Assembly (NCBI GenBank): GCA_964611385.1
Contig: CAZSXS010000013.1
Location: 22,422-54,421, forward strand
Direction of reading: 5' to 3'
Source of the DNA: an uncultured Defluviitaleaceae bacterium
GTDB lineage: Bacteria; Bacillota; Clostridia; Lachnospirales; CAYPQA01
Length of the DNA stretch: 32,000 bases
Shown here: one piece after another, positions 1-7,401 of the stretch
Position numbering within the stretch: position 1 is the first letter of the stretch
How the letters are laid out: every line of letters starts with the position of its first letter
Notes under the pieces: generated by a model
The model's input: the letters and a program-made list of their open reading frames with translations, nothing else
Databases searched by the model: none
What the model was told of the DNA's origin: nothing
Position numbers and translations under genes: made by a program

Positions 1-1963
1 CTACAGCCATCAGGACGGAGACCCCGCCTTCAAAGGATAAAACAATGTTATCTAGTGTGGTTTGTATGTTCAAGCAGTTGATGCCCAGATGACCATACTT
101 TTGCTCCAGTTCCTTGATGAATGCTTTAATGTTAGTTGAAGTATCCAGTTTTATGACCAGACCCTTCACCGTGTAGTCAGAAATGAAGCGCTGCATTGCA
201 CTTTCGCCCAGGTCGGCTACCAGCCCGTTGTCCGCTAACTGTTCAGTAATGCCACAAATTAAGAAATCAAAGGTTTTCCCCCGTAGAGTGATGGGTAAAA
301 TCTCGCCAAGCTTTTTGCCTAGGCCCTTTGCTACCACAGAGGATATGGCTATTTCATTGTCATAAATTGGATAGCGGCCACTCATTATGGCGTTCTTGGG
401 CAGTGTACTAAAATCATCAGTTATACAGACATTAATATCGTTTATGTCCATAATAGTTATTGGCATCTGTTCATATTTGGCTATGCTTTTCACCTCGGGC
501 ATAGAATCCATTTCGAAAAAGGCCTTCTTAGACTGTTCTGTGGGCTGGTTGAATAAAACCCATACATCTGATAAAGGTATTCCGATTTTTTGCATCAAGA
601 CGGTGGTATCCTCCACCATGTTGGAATACATCAACAGGGAGAACACTGAAGCAAAGCTCAAAGTCATCACGATAATCACAACCATGAGGTTCTGTTTCAA
701 GTTGTGGAAGATGGTTTTCAGGACAATGAGAACAGTGATATTCAAGCGCGAGCCGGACAAAGGGAAGTGATTTCTTTTGAAACTGTGCGTTTCCAATCCG
801 CTTCGAAGGGCCTTGATGGGTGTTATTTTCTTAATTTTGGCAGCGCATAAGCTGGTAATGATCAAGACCAAGCCAAGGATAATCAACAGGCTTAAAAAGG
901 CTGCCAAGCTATGAAAAGATAAATTCCATAAAAGTCCGGCGGATTCGGCAGTAAGGTTCCCTACAAAGGGCAGCGCCAAAACCGAACAAAACAAGCCGAT
1001 TCCGCTACCTAATACCCCCACACTCCCATACTGCAAGACTAGAGCCCAAACAATTTGGGCATTCCTGTATCCAAGGGCCTTCAAAACCCCTATATTTTGA
1101 ATTCCGTCCTCCACAGACGACAAGATGGAAAAGACCACAACGATAAGGGAGATCACAACCATAATTAAGGAAAAGCCAAGAACGATCATGACCAAAATAT
1201 TCACAAAGGTAAAACCGATCTGCCTTGCTGTATCAAGACTAAGCCCGTACCAAAAACCCAGCAACTCATGTTTGTCAATGAGCTTGGAAATCTCTTTCAG
1301 CACAGGGTTCGCATCAGCTGCATCCTTTAAATAGATGGAGACTAGTAATCCAGTATTACTGTCGGATAAAAGCTTTGCCTTAAGCGCTTCATATGCCTCT
1401 CCGGCTAGGTAGGCTTTATTCATTGTGACAGAGCTGGATCCAAAGAATACATCCTCAAAAAAACCGTTTATCTTGTAAGCTAATTCCTGGCCCGCCATAT
1501 TTATGAGGATGGTATCGCCGCTTTGATAGCCATAGCTGTTTCTAAAGGATAGGGGCAGTAAGATGGAGTTTTCTTCCATTTGATTTCCCCTATCAATGAT
1601 CTGCAAAGAAGAAGAGGATTCAGTATTATCTAAATTCAGGAAGTTGAAAGAATTGGATATTTCGAGGTCCTCTTTTTTTATGCTTACACCGGCAATAAAA
1701 ACAAGTTCCTCAAAGACTGCTTCCTTGATCCCATCCAGGCTTTCGACATCCTTTTTGAAGGAATCTTTATCTTGCAAAACACTAATCATGTAGATCAGAT
1801 CTGAGACCTTTAACTCACGTACCTTCTCCGTAAAAAAGGAGGGAAGGCTTAAAGCCACCGTTAGCCCTATATTTAAGAGCATAGAAGCAAAAATCAATAA
1901 AGCAACCAAGGTAATCATACCCGTTTTGGCTTTACGAACATTACTTGCAATTATTTTTAGCAT
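1..1963 (-). CDS. ABC transporter permease, FtsX/MacB type with duplicated (TM-ectodomain-3TM)x2 layout; 3' end runs off the window
   Basis: Absent from the ORF track because it has no stop in the window. My partial hand translation of the minus strand from ATG 1963-1961 reads MLKIIASNVRKAKTGMITLVALLIFASMLLNIGLTVALSLPSFF... with no stop seen; the checked stretches and the lack of any competing minus-strand ORF fit a frame open to position 2 (over 654 codons). SD GGAGGG lies in the last codons of the upstream ATPase, with a 12-nt gap. Hydrophobic clusters are separated by two long soluble stretches. Confidence 0.8.
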   Translation of the reverse strand, partial: MLKIIASNVRKAKTGMITLVALLIFASMLLNIGLTVALSLPSFFTEKVRELKVSDLIYMISVLQDKDSFKKDVESLDGIKEAVFEELVFIAGVSIKKEDLEISNSFNFLNLDNTESSSSLQIIDRGNQMEENSILLPLSFRNSYGYQSGDTILINMAGQELAYKINGFFEDVFFGSSSVTMNKAYLAGEAYEALKAKLLSDSNTGLLVSIYLKDAADANPVLKEISKLIDKHELLGFWYGLSLDTARQIGFTFVNILVMIVLGFSLIMVVISLIVVVFSILSSVEDGIQNIGVLKALGYRNAQIVWALVLQYGSVGVLGSGIGLFCSVLALPFVGNLTAESAGLLWNLSFHSLAAFLSLLIILGLVLIITSLCAAKIKKITPIKALRSGLETHSFKRNHFPLSGSRLNITVLIVLKTIFHNLKQNLMVVIIVMTLSFASVFSLLMYSNMVEDTTVLMQKIGIPLSDVWVLFNQPTEQSKKAFFEMDSMPEVKSIAKYEQMPITIMDINDINVCITDDFSTLPKNAIMSGRYPIYDNEIAISSVVAKGLGKKLGEILPITLRGKTFDFLICGITEQLADNGLVADLGESAMQRFISDYTVKGLVIKLDTSTNIKAFIKELEQKYGHLGINCLNIQTTLDNIVLSFEGGVSVLMAV

Positions 1964-1975
1964 TTTTACCCTCCA

Positions 1976-2737
1976 TTACCATCCCATGTCCTCCAAAAAG
2001 CTTTGCAGTTTTTTGGTACGGGTCTGATCCTGGGGACTATAGCGCTCCAGGTTCAGTTCACTTTCAATAACACCATCACGAAGATAAAGGATACGATTCC
2101 CCCTGGATGCCGTTAGAATATCATGTGTAACCATAACTATGCTTTGACCGTTTTCATTGACTCTGCTCATGATGTCCAACACATTTTTGGAGCTACCAGA
2201 ATTTAATGCGCCTGTTGGCTCATCAGCAAAAACAATCCTTGGCTGGTTAATCAAGGCTCGAACGATACCAACTCGCTGCGCCTCTCCCCCTGAGAGCTGA
2301 GCTGCAAATTTCTTCCAAGAGATTTCTTCGATCCCAACCAACTTTAACAGTTCCTTAGCCTTTGACAGAACCTGCTTATGATCCTTGTTGACCAAATATC
2401 CGTTAACCAGGATATTATCCATCACACTCATGGAGGGGTTTAAATAAATTTGTTGAAACACAAAGCCACAGTTTTCTCTTCGAAAGACCGCCAACTTGTC
2501 GTCAGAGAGCTTGGAAATTTCCTTCTCTCCGTAGTAGACCTCCCCAAGGCTAGGCTTATCCATACTGGACAATGCATACAACAAGGTAGATTTCCCCGAT
2601 CCGGAACTACCCATAATGATCGTAAAATCCCCCTCATAGATTTCAATTGATAGGTTCTTAAGTACATGCTGCTGTGTACCTCCATTTGAGAAGCTTTTAC
2701 AGAGCATTTTCGTTTTTAAAATAATCTTTTTACCCAT
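1976..2737 (-). CDS. ABC transporter ATP-binding protein (MacB/LolD/FtsE-like subfamily)
   Basis: Walker A GSSGSGKST, signature LSGGEAQR, Walker B IVFADEPTGALN and H-loop VTHD. I place the start at ATG 2737 (MGKKIILKT...), preceded by AGGAGGTATAC, rather than at the longer track ORF start 2782. Confidence 0.9.
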   Translation of the reverse strand: MGKKIILKTKMLCKSFSNGGTQQHVLKNLSIEIYEGDFTIIMGSSGSGKSTLLYALSSMDKPSLGEVYYGEKEISKLSDDKLAVFRRENCGFVFQQIYLNPSMSVMDNILVNGYLVNKDHKQVLSKAKELLKLVGIEEISWKKFAAQLSGGEAQRVGIVRALINQPRIVFADEPTGALNSGSSKNVLDIMSRVNENGQSIVMVTHDILTASRGNRILYLRDGVIESELNLERYSPQDQTRTKKLQSFLEDMGW

Positions 2738-2758
2738 GTATACCTCCTGATAAAAAAA

Positions 2759-2784
2759 GATTGTGGCAGTGTTTTGCCACAATC
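2759..2784 (-). promoter_or_regulatory. Perfect 10-bp-arm palindrome (GATTGTGGCA-N6-TGCCACAATC) followed by T7 on the coding strand, between the predicted -10 and the RBS of the ABC ATPase gene
   Basis: Read directly. The minus strand reads TATACAatcgGATTGTGGCAaaacacTGCCACAATCtttttttatcAGGAGGtatacATG. It could be a leader attenuator, a 5' stabilising hairpin or a DNA operator. Confidence 0.4.
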
Positions 2785-2819
2785 CGATTGTATATCAGAT
2801 ACCAATAAAAGTCCTTACC

Positions 2820-2874
2820 TATTCCTGAATGAATCCTGAACAATCTCTGAACGAATTCTTAACTAATCCTTAAC
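2820..2874 (-). promoter_or_regulatory. Five tandem 11-bp direct repeats (GTTMAGRATTN), candidate OmpR-family response-regulator binding array abutting the -35 position of the ABC promoter
   Basis: Minus-strand units are GTTAAGGATTA, GTTAAGAATTC, GTTCAGAGATT, GTTCAGGATTC and ATTCAGGAATA, contiguous with one unit per helical turn. A weak -35 (TAAGGA) and -10 TATACA (2789-2794) follow. The repeats are certain; their function is inferred. Confidence 0.55.
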
Positions 2875-2967
2875 AGGCACCTGACTTATGCTTCATGAAC
2901 TAAATTTTTTCAAGACTTGCATGAGAAAATAACCCTGACCTTGTTTTCGGCCTTTTTGAAAAGAGGA

Positions 2968-3022
2968 GGAAGGGAGAGAAAAACTTTTTTCTCCATTTGA
3001 AAAAAGTTTTTCTCTCCCTTCC
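2968..3022. repeat. Palindromic element copy A: 23-bp perfect arms (GGAAGGGAGAGAAAAACTTTTTT / AAAAAAGTTTTTCTCTCCCTTCC), 9-nt loop CTCCATTTG; probable terminator of the proS-RR-HK transcript
   Basis: Arms at 2968-2990 and 3000-3022 were checked base by base. It starts 13 nt after the kinase stop codon. It is homologous to the element at 28201-28261. Confidence 0.7.
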
Positions 3023-3035
3023 CCCTTGATCTTTA

Positions 3036-4136
3036 TCAGTAAGACAAGGAGAGTATCAACCGGGTGGTAAAGCCCTCCTTTGTGTTAAAGCACATAAGAT
3101 CACCATTTTGTTTTTCCATAAGATACTTTGAAATAAATAGGCCAAGGCCGTACCCTTCTTGCTGCACAGCATTTTTGCCTCGGTAAAATTTATTGTAGAG
3201 CAAGGGAAGCTCCTCATCTTCCACCCCAGGGCCATAATCGCTTATGTCTATCTCCAGGTATGTAGGGCTTAAGTGAAAGAGGATCTCTATTTCGGTTCCC
3301 GCATACTTGTAGGAGTTGGCAAAGATGTTGTCTATGACTTGCCATAGTCTTACCTTATCCATACTAAGTATACACTCTGGTATAACACCAAGCTTCGCCT
3401 TGTGCAGATAGTCAGCATTGGTCAGGATCCCTAGCAGCAGCGTGCTGTACTCGTCCTGTACTGTCACACTCAACTCTCCCAGTTCCTCTAAGGTGGCATG
3501 AAACATATCTGTCACCAGATGATTGATCTGCTCAGCCTTATCGTAGATGATTTTGAGTTTCCCCTTGAGCTTGTCGTCCTCGTTGGTTGCCAGTGTCAAT
3601 TCACTGATGGCTTTGATGGAGGCAATGGGCGTTTTTATGTCATGGCTCAAACCCGCGATCAACTCTTTTTTGGCCTTGTTGGCTGCATGTTCTCTTTCCC
3701 TTGATTTTTTTAACTCCACTCGTAGCAGGTCAAAGCTCTCAGAAAACAAGCCAAAGGCGTTTTGCCTGTCTATGGGAAGAGGCAAATCTAAATTTCCTGT
3801 GGCTACATGACTTGCATATGTTTTTAACTGCTGAAAAGGTTTCAAAATATTCCTGCGCAAATAGAAAAAATAGATCCCCAATATTAGCACCAAAAATCCA
3901 AAGCTCAAGCCGATCAAGGCTTTCAGTGTAAGGAGGGTATCTTCCTTTATCACCAGATACCCTTCAACTTCTATCAATTGTTTGATCTGTATCACCTTTT
4001 GACTATCTTTAACAATGGCATTCAAATCGTTGGTATTAATATGCACGGCTTGCACATTTGCCAGAGCCAATAAGCTTCCCAGTAGCCCAAGCAGCAAACC
4101 CAGGCTTACAGCCACCGTAAAGCCTTTTCCCTTCAA
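3036..4136 (-). CDS. Sensor histidine kinase (2 TM, about 40-aa external loop, HAMP, HisKA, HATPase_c)
   Basis: H-box LIAGLSHDIKTPIASI, N-box NIFANSYKY and G-boxes DYGPGV / GYGLGL. TTG start at 4136 follows GAGGT-N6. Its start overlaps the response-regulator stop (TTGA). Confidence 0.9.
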   Translation of the reverse strand: MKGKGFTVAVSLGLLLGLLGSLLALANVQAVHINTNDLNAIVKDSQKVIQIKQLIEVEGYLVIKEDTLLTLKALIGLSFGFLVLILGIYFFYLRRNILKPFQQLKTYASHVATGNLDLPLPIDRQNAFGLFSESFDLLRVELKKSREREHAANKAKKELIAGLSHDIKTPIASIKAISELTLATNEDDKLKGKLKIIYDKAEQINHLVTDMFHATLEELGELSVTVQDEYSTLLLGILTNADYLHKAKLGVIPECILSMDKVRLWQVIDNIFANSYKYAGTEIEILFHLSPTYLEIDISDYGPGVEDEELPLLYNKFYRGKNAVQQEGYGLGLFISKYLMEKQNGDLMCFNTKEGFTTRLILSLSY

Positions 4137-4813
4137 GAGTGTACCTCGAAACTGTATCCTTGTCCCCAGGCGGTTTTAATGTACTTCGGTTGATTTGGGT
4201 TCTCCTCAATTTTTTCCCGAAGCCGTCTGACATGAACATTCAGGGTGCTGTCTCCAACAATGCCTCCGTTCCATACCTGCTCAAAAAACTCCTCCTTGGG
4301 AATCGTCCGGTTCTTGTTTTTGACTAAATACACAAGAAGCTTAAATTCCATCAACTTCAAATTCAGCGGCTCTCCTCGCAAAAAGACCTTCGAAGTGCGC
4401 AAGTCAATTTTTAAATCATTGATATGAATGAGTTCGGGAGTCGCACTTTCTCCGCAGCGCTTTAACATGGCTTTGACCTTTGCCAGCAGAATACTGAGAG
4501 TATAGGGCTTTTTGATATAATCGTCGCCGCCGATACCCAGAGCCATCAGCACATCATCATCGCTTTGTCTTGCACTGATAAACAGGATGGGAATCTGAGA
4601 ATCCTTCCGAAGCTCCTTACAAAGTTCAAAGCCACTCTTTTCATCCAGGTTGATGTCCAGTAAAAGCAAGGAGACTTCATTGTTTTTCAGAAAGCGAAGC
4701 CCCTCTTGATAACTGCTTGCATACGCCGATTTGAGACCGAACACATTAAAATATTCATTGGTAGCTTCACATAAGGCGGCTTCATCATCAATGATTAAGC
4801 AGTCGTATTTCAT
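4133..4813 (-). CDS. Response regulator transcription factor, OmpR/PhoB family
   Basis: Receiver domain (IIDDE..., LLLLDINL phospho-acceptor Asp, K in IKKP) plus a winged-helix C-terminus (LNVHVRRLREKIE..., GQGYSF). The ATG overlaps the proS TGA (ATGA). Confidence 0.9.
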   Translation of the reverse strand: MKYDCLIIDDEAALCEATNEYFNVFGLKSAYASSYQEGLRFLKNNEVSLLLLDINLDEKSGFELCKELRKDSQIPILFISARQSDDDVLMALGIGGDDYIKKPYTLSILLAKVKAMLKRCGESATPELIHINDLKIDLRTSKVFLRGEPLNLKLMEFKLLVYLVKNKNRTIPKEEFFEQVWNGGIVGDSTLNVHVRRLREKIEENPNQPKYIKTAWGQGYSFEVHS

Positions 4814-6567
4814 ACAGAACTGTCCTCCTTAAGTTGCAACACCCGCTGCACAACCTCTTCCAACAGAAGCTTTTCGTTTAACATCTTGTCTCTTTTCACA
4901 AGCTCACAGCAGCCTTCCTTCATGTTCCTTGGACTGACAATCAGCCGAAGGGGAATCCCCAGCAGGTCGGCATCCGAAAACTGCACTCCAGCACTGACAA
5001 GCCGGTCGTCATACAGAACCTCCACACCTTTTTCCTGTAGTTCTTGGTAGAGTTGGTCGGCGTAGGCCTTCACCTGAGGGGTATCAGAGCGCATGCAGCA
5101 CAGGTGAACTTGCCAAGGCGCAATGGACATGGGCCAGATGGGACCATATTCGTCATGCGAGGCTTCACAGACGGCTGCCGCCAAACGCCCCACACCAATG
5201 CCGTAACAACCCATCAAAGGATGCTTGCTACTTCCGTCCTTGTCCAAGTATTGCATACCCATGGCCTTAGAGTACTTGGTGCCAAGCTGAAAGATATTCC
5301 CTACCTCTATCCCTCGAGCAATCTGAATTGTCCTTAGCCCGCACTGGGGGCAAATTCCGCCTTCCTTTATTTTTGCAAAGTCATGGCATTGTACTTCTCC
5401 GCAATCCCTAGAAAGATGCAAGCCTGTATAATGATACTCAGCCTGATTGGCCCCGCAGAGCAGATACTTATTATTTTCCAATGAGCGGTCAAAAAGGATG
5501 ACAAAATTCCCTTTCAAGCCATAAGGACCGATAAACCCAGCCTCCAATCCACAATCTGGCGTAATCACAGCTGGATAAAGTTCCTCCCCAAGGAAGTTGC
5601 TCAGCTTTGTCTCATTCACATCCAGATCCCCTCGAATAAACACCACCACGTACTCATCGTTTAGACTCTTCTGATACACAACAGCCTTACAGCTTTTTTC
5701 TTTTGGCACCTGCACAAAGCTGCAAACTTCCTCAATGGTATGAAAGCCTGGCGTATGAACTAGGCACAGGGACTGCTCTAAGTCAGTATTGGTATTGGTT
5801 TCAGTCTTCTCGTTCAGATTCATCTTAGGAAATTCGGACTCAGTATACACGCACTCAGCAGCTTCTAAATTCGCACGATACCCACATTGAGGGCAAACGG
5901 CAATGGAATCCTCTCCTATGGGACTCAGGAGCATAAACTCGTGGGAAACACGTCCACCCATCATGCCCGAATCCGAGGCAACAGGAAGCACCTGGGGAAT
6001 CCCCACCCGAGCAAAAATCCGCTGATAAGCCTGAAAACATCTTTGATAATATTCTTCCAGGTCTTCTTGGCTGGTATGAAAGGAGTATGCATCTTTCATG
6101 GTAAATTCCCTTACACGAATTAAGCCGCCACGAGGCCGTGCTTCGTCTCGAAACTTCGTTTGAATCTGATAAATCATAAAGGGATACTTGGCATAGGATT
6201 GCCCATACTCCCGCACCAGATGTACGGCGGCTTCTTCATGGGTCATGCCGAGGACAAGGTCCTGACCATTTCTGTCCTTCAAGCGCAGAAGCTCACTTCC
6301 AATGGACTCAAAACGTCCCGATTCTACCCAAAGTGAGGCAGGCAAGACCACTGGAAACAGCACTTCTTGACCGTCAACCCACTCCATTTCTTCACGGATG
6401 ATACGCTCAATTTTACTCAAGATCCGTCGAAGGGGTGTATAGGCTGAATAAATGCCGTTGGCAACATACTTGACATAACCGCCTCTCAACATCAGGGCAT
6501 GACTATCAATGGCGCAATCCGCCGGTCTTTCTTTAAATCTGTCTCCTACTACTTTTTCCAATTTCAT
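4810..6567 (-). CDS. proS: Proline--tRNA ligase (bacterial type with insertion/editing domain)
   Basis: 585 aa. Class II motifs FRDEARPRGGLIRVREFTMKDAYSFH and GCYGIGVGRL, and the N-terminus is typical of ProRS. It is preceded by a T-box leader. Confidence 0.95.
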   Translation of the reverse strand: MKLEKVVGDRFKERPADCAIDSHALMLRGGYVKYVANGIYSAYTPLRRILSKIERIIREEMEWVDGQEVLFPVVLPASLWVESGRFESIGSELLRLKDRNGQDLVLGMTHEEAAVHLVREYGQSYAKYPFMIYQIQTKFRDEARPRGGLIRVREFTMKDAYSFHTSQEDLEEYYQRCFQAYQRIFARVGIPQVLPVASDSGMMGGRVSHEFMLLSPIGEDSIAVCPQCGYRANLEAAECVYTESEFPKMNLNEKTETNTNTDLEQSLCLVHTPGFHTIEEVCSFVQVPKEKSCKAVVYQKSLNDEYVVVFIRGDLDVNETKLSNFLGEELYPAVITPDCGLEAGFIGPYGLKGNFVILFDRSLENNKYLLCGANQAEYHYTGLHLSRDCGEVQCHDFAKIKEGGICPQCGLRTIQIARGIEVGNIFQLGTKYSKAMGMQYLDKDGSSKHPLMGCYGIGVGRLAAAVCEASHDEYGPIWPMSIAPWQVHLCCMRSDTPQVKAYADQLYQELQEKGVEVLYDDRLVSAGVQFSDADLLGIPLRLIVSPRNMKEGCCELVKRDKMLNEKLLLEEVVQRVLQLKEDSSV

Positions 6568-6569
6568 GA

Positions 6570-6816
6570 TAAAAACCTCCTAATTAAAAAAACCCTAAGT
6601 CAACAAAGTCAACTTAGGGCGAACAGGGTCCGCGGTACCACCTAAATTCGGAAATCAATTCCGCTCTCACGGTACAAAATTATACCTTTCCCTATGACGG
6701 GAGAAACCCGGCGCAGCTTACTTTTTCGAGCAAAACTCTTTTTTGGGCTGGCAGCTCAAAGAGGGGTTCGGCATTTTTTCAATGAAGATTTGCACCCACC
6801 ATCTTCTCTCTGCAAA
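6570..6816 (-). promoter_or_regulatory. T-box leader (tRNA-sensing riboswitch) upstream of proS
   Basis: The minus strand contains AGAGAG (stem I GA motif, about 6806-6812). It also has the conserved T-box AAUUUAGGUGGUACCGCGG (6630-6648) overlapping the 5' arm of the terminator. CCC triplets at 6763-6766 and 6745-6747 (plus-strand GGG) are candidate Pro specifiers. I could not fold stem I unambiguously. Confidence 0.85.
6586..6619 (-). terminator. Intrinsic terminator of the T-box leader (attenuator)
   Basis: Minus-strand RNA CCCUAAGUUGA-CUUUG-UUGACUUAGGG forms an 11-bp stem including 2 G.U pairs. U7 follows, immediately 3' of the T-box motif. Confidence 0.8.
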
Positions 6817-6840
6817 ATCCAAAATGCTTACTCTTTCTTT

Positions 6841-7401
6841 TCATCGCTTTTCTGATTTATATATCATTTGTTTTTGGCTATAGTAGCATACAATGCAAAA
6901 AATGGCAACACCTTTCAGCACAAGGCTGCCGTCCCTCACAAAACCCACAACCCCGTCGCCGAGGGCGTTTGGAAAAATTCTTTCGTAAAGAAAGAAGAAC
7001 CCTCCAATGACTAGCAAGGGAGCAAGTACACGCAGACCAAAGCCAAAGCCTTCTATCAAATAATCTGCTACCCTATCCAAAGCTACAGTAAGCTTAAAGT
7101 TCAAGAAGGTAGTCAGAAGCAAAACGAAGAATAACGTACCCGCTACGAAAGCCGTAGCATCCCCGACGTTTGGCTTCAAGGTACACAATAGGATAACATC
7201 TGCCACAAAGGCCAAGGGTGTAAAGACGGACATGAAACTAGCAGTTTTAGAAAGCAATGGTTGTGCCTGAGAATCCAGCTTCATCCAAAAAATTGATATA
7301 CTCACTCCAGCCTCTGTCAAGGCTCTGCCCATTGCCACCGCCAAGGAAAAAAGCACAAGAATAATCAAAAGCTCCAGTATAAAACTTTGCACCAAAATCA
7401 C
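6841..7401 (-). CDS. Polytopic membrane protein, unknown function
   Basis: About 5-6 hydrophobic helices. The start is uncertain: GTG 7401 overlaps the upstream stop (GTGA) but sits directly against the SD GGAGA. TTG 7395 or GTG 7392 have better spacing. Confidence 0.6.
   Translation of the reverse strand: MILVQSFILELLIILVLFSLAVAMGRALTEAGVSISIFWMKLDSQAQPLLSKTASFMSVFTPLAFVADVILLCTLKPNVGDATAFVAGTLFFVLLLTTFLNFKLTVALDRVADYLIEGFGFGLRVLAPLLVIGGFFFLYERIFPNALGDGVVGFVRDGSLVLKGVAIFCIVCYYSQKQMIYKSEKR

Noticed and set aside
183-1793. Plus-strand ORFs of 60-127 aa at 183-365, 387-770, 1125-1334 and 1596-1793
   Set aside because: All lie antisense to the open FtsX-type permease frame that runs off the window edge. 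None has an SD or a recognisable motif.
2738-2782. 15-codon N-terminal extension of the ABC ATPase (MWQNTATIFFYQEVY)
   Set aside because: The extension covers the SD (AGGAGG) and the leader palindrome. The internal ATG 2737 has ideal SD spacing.
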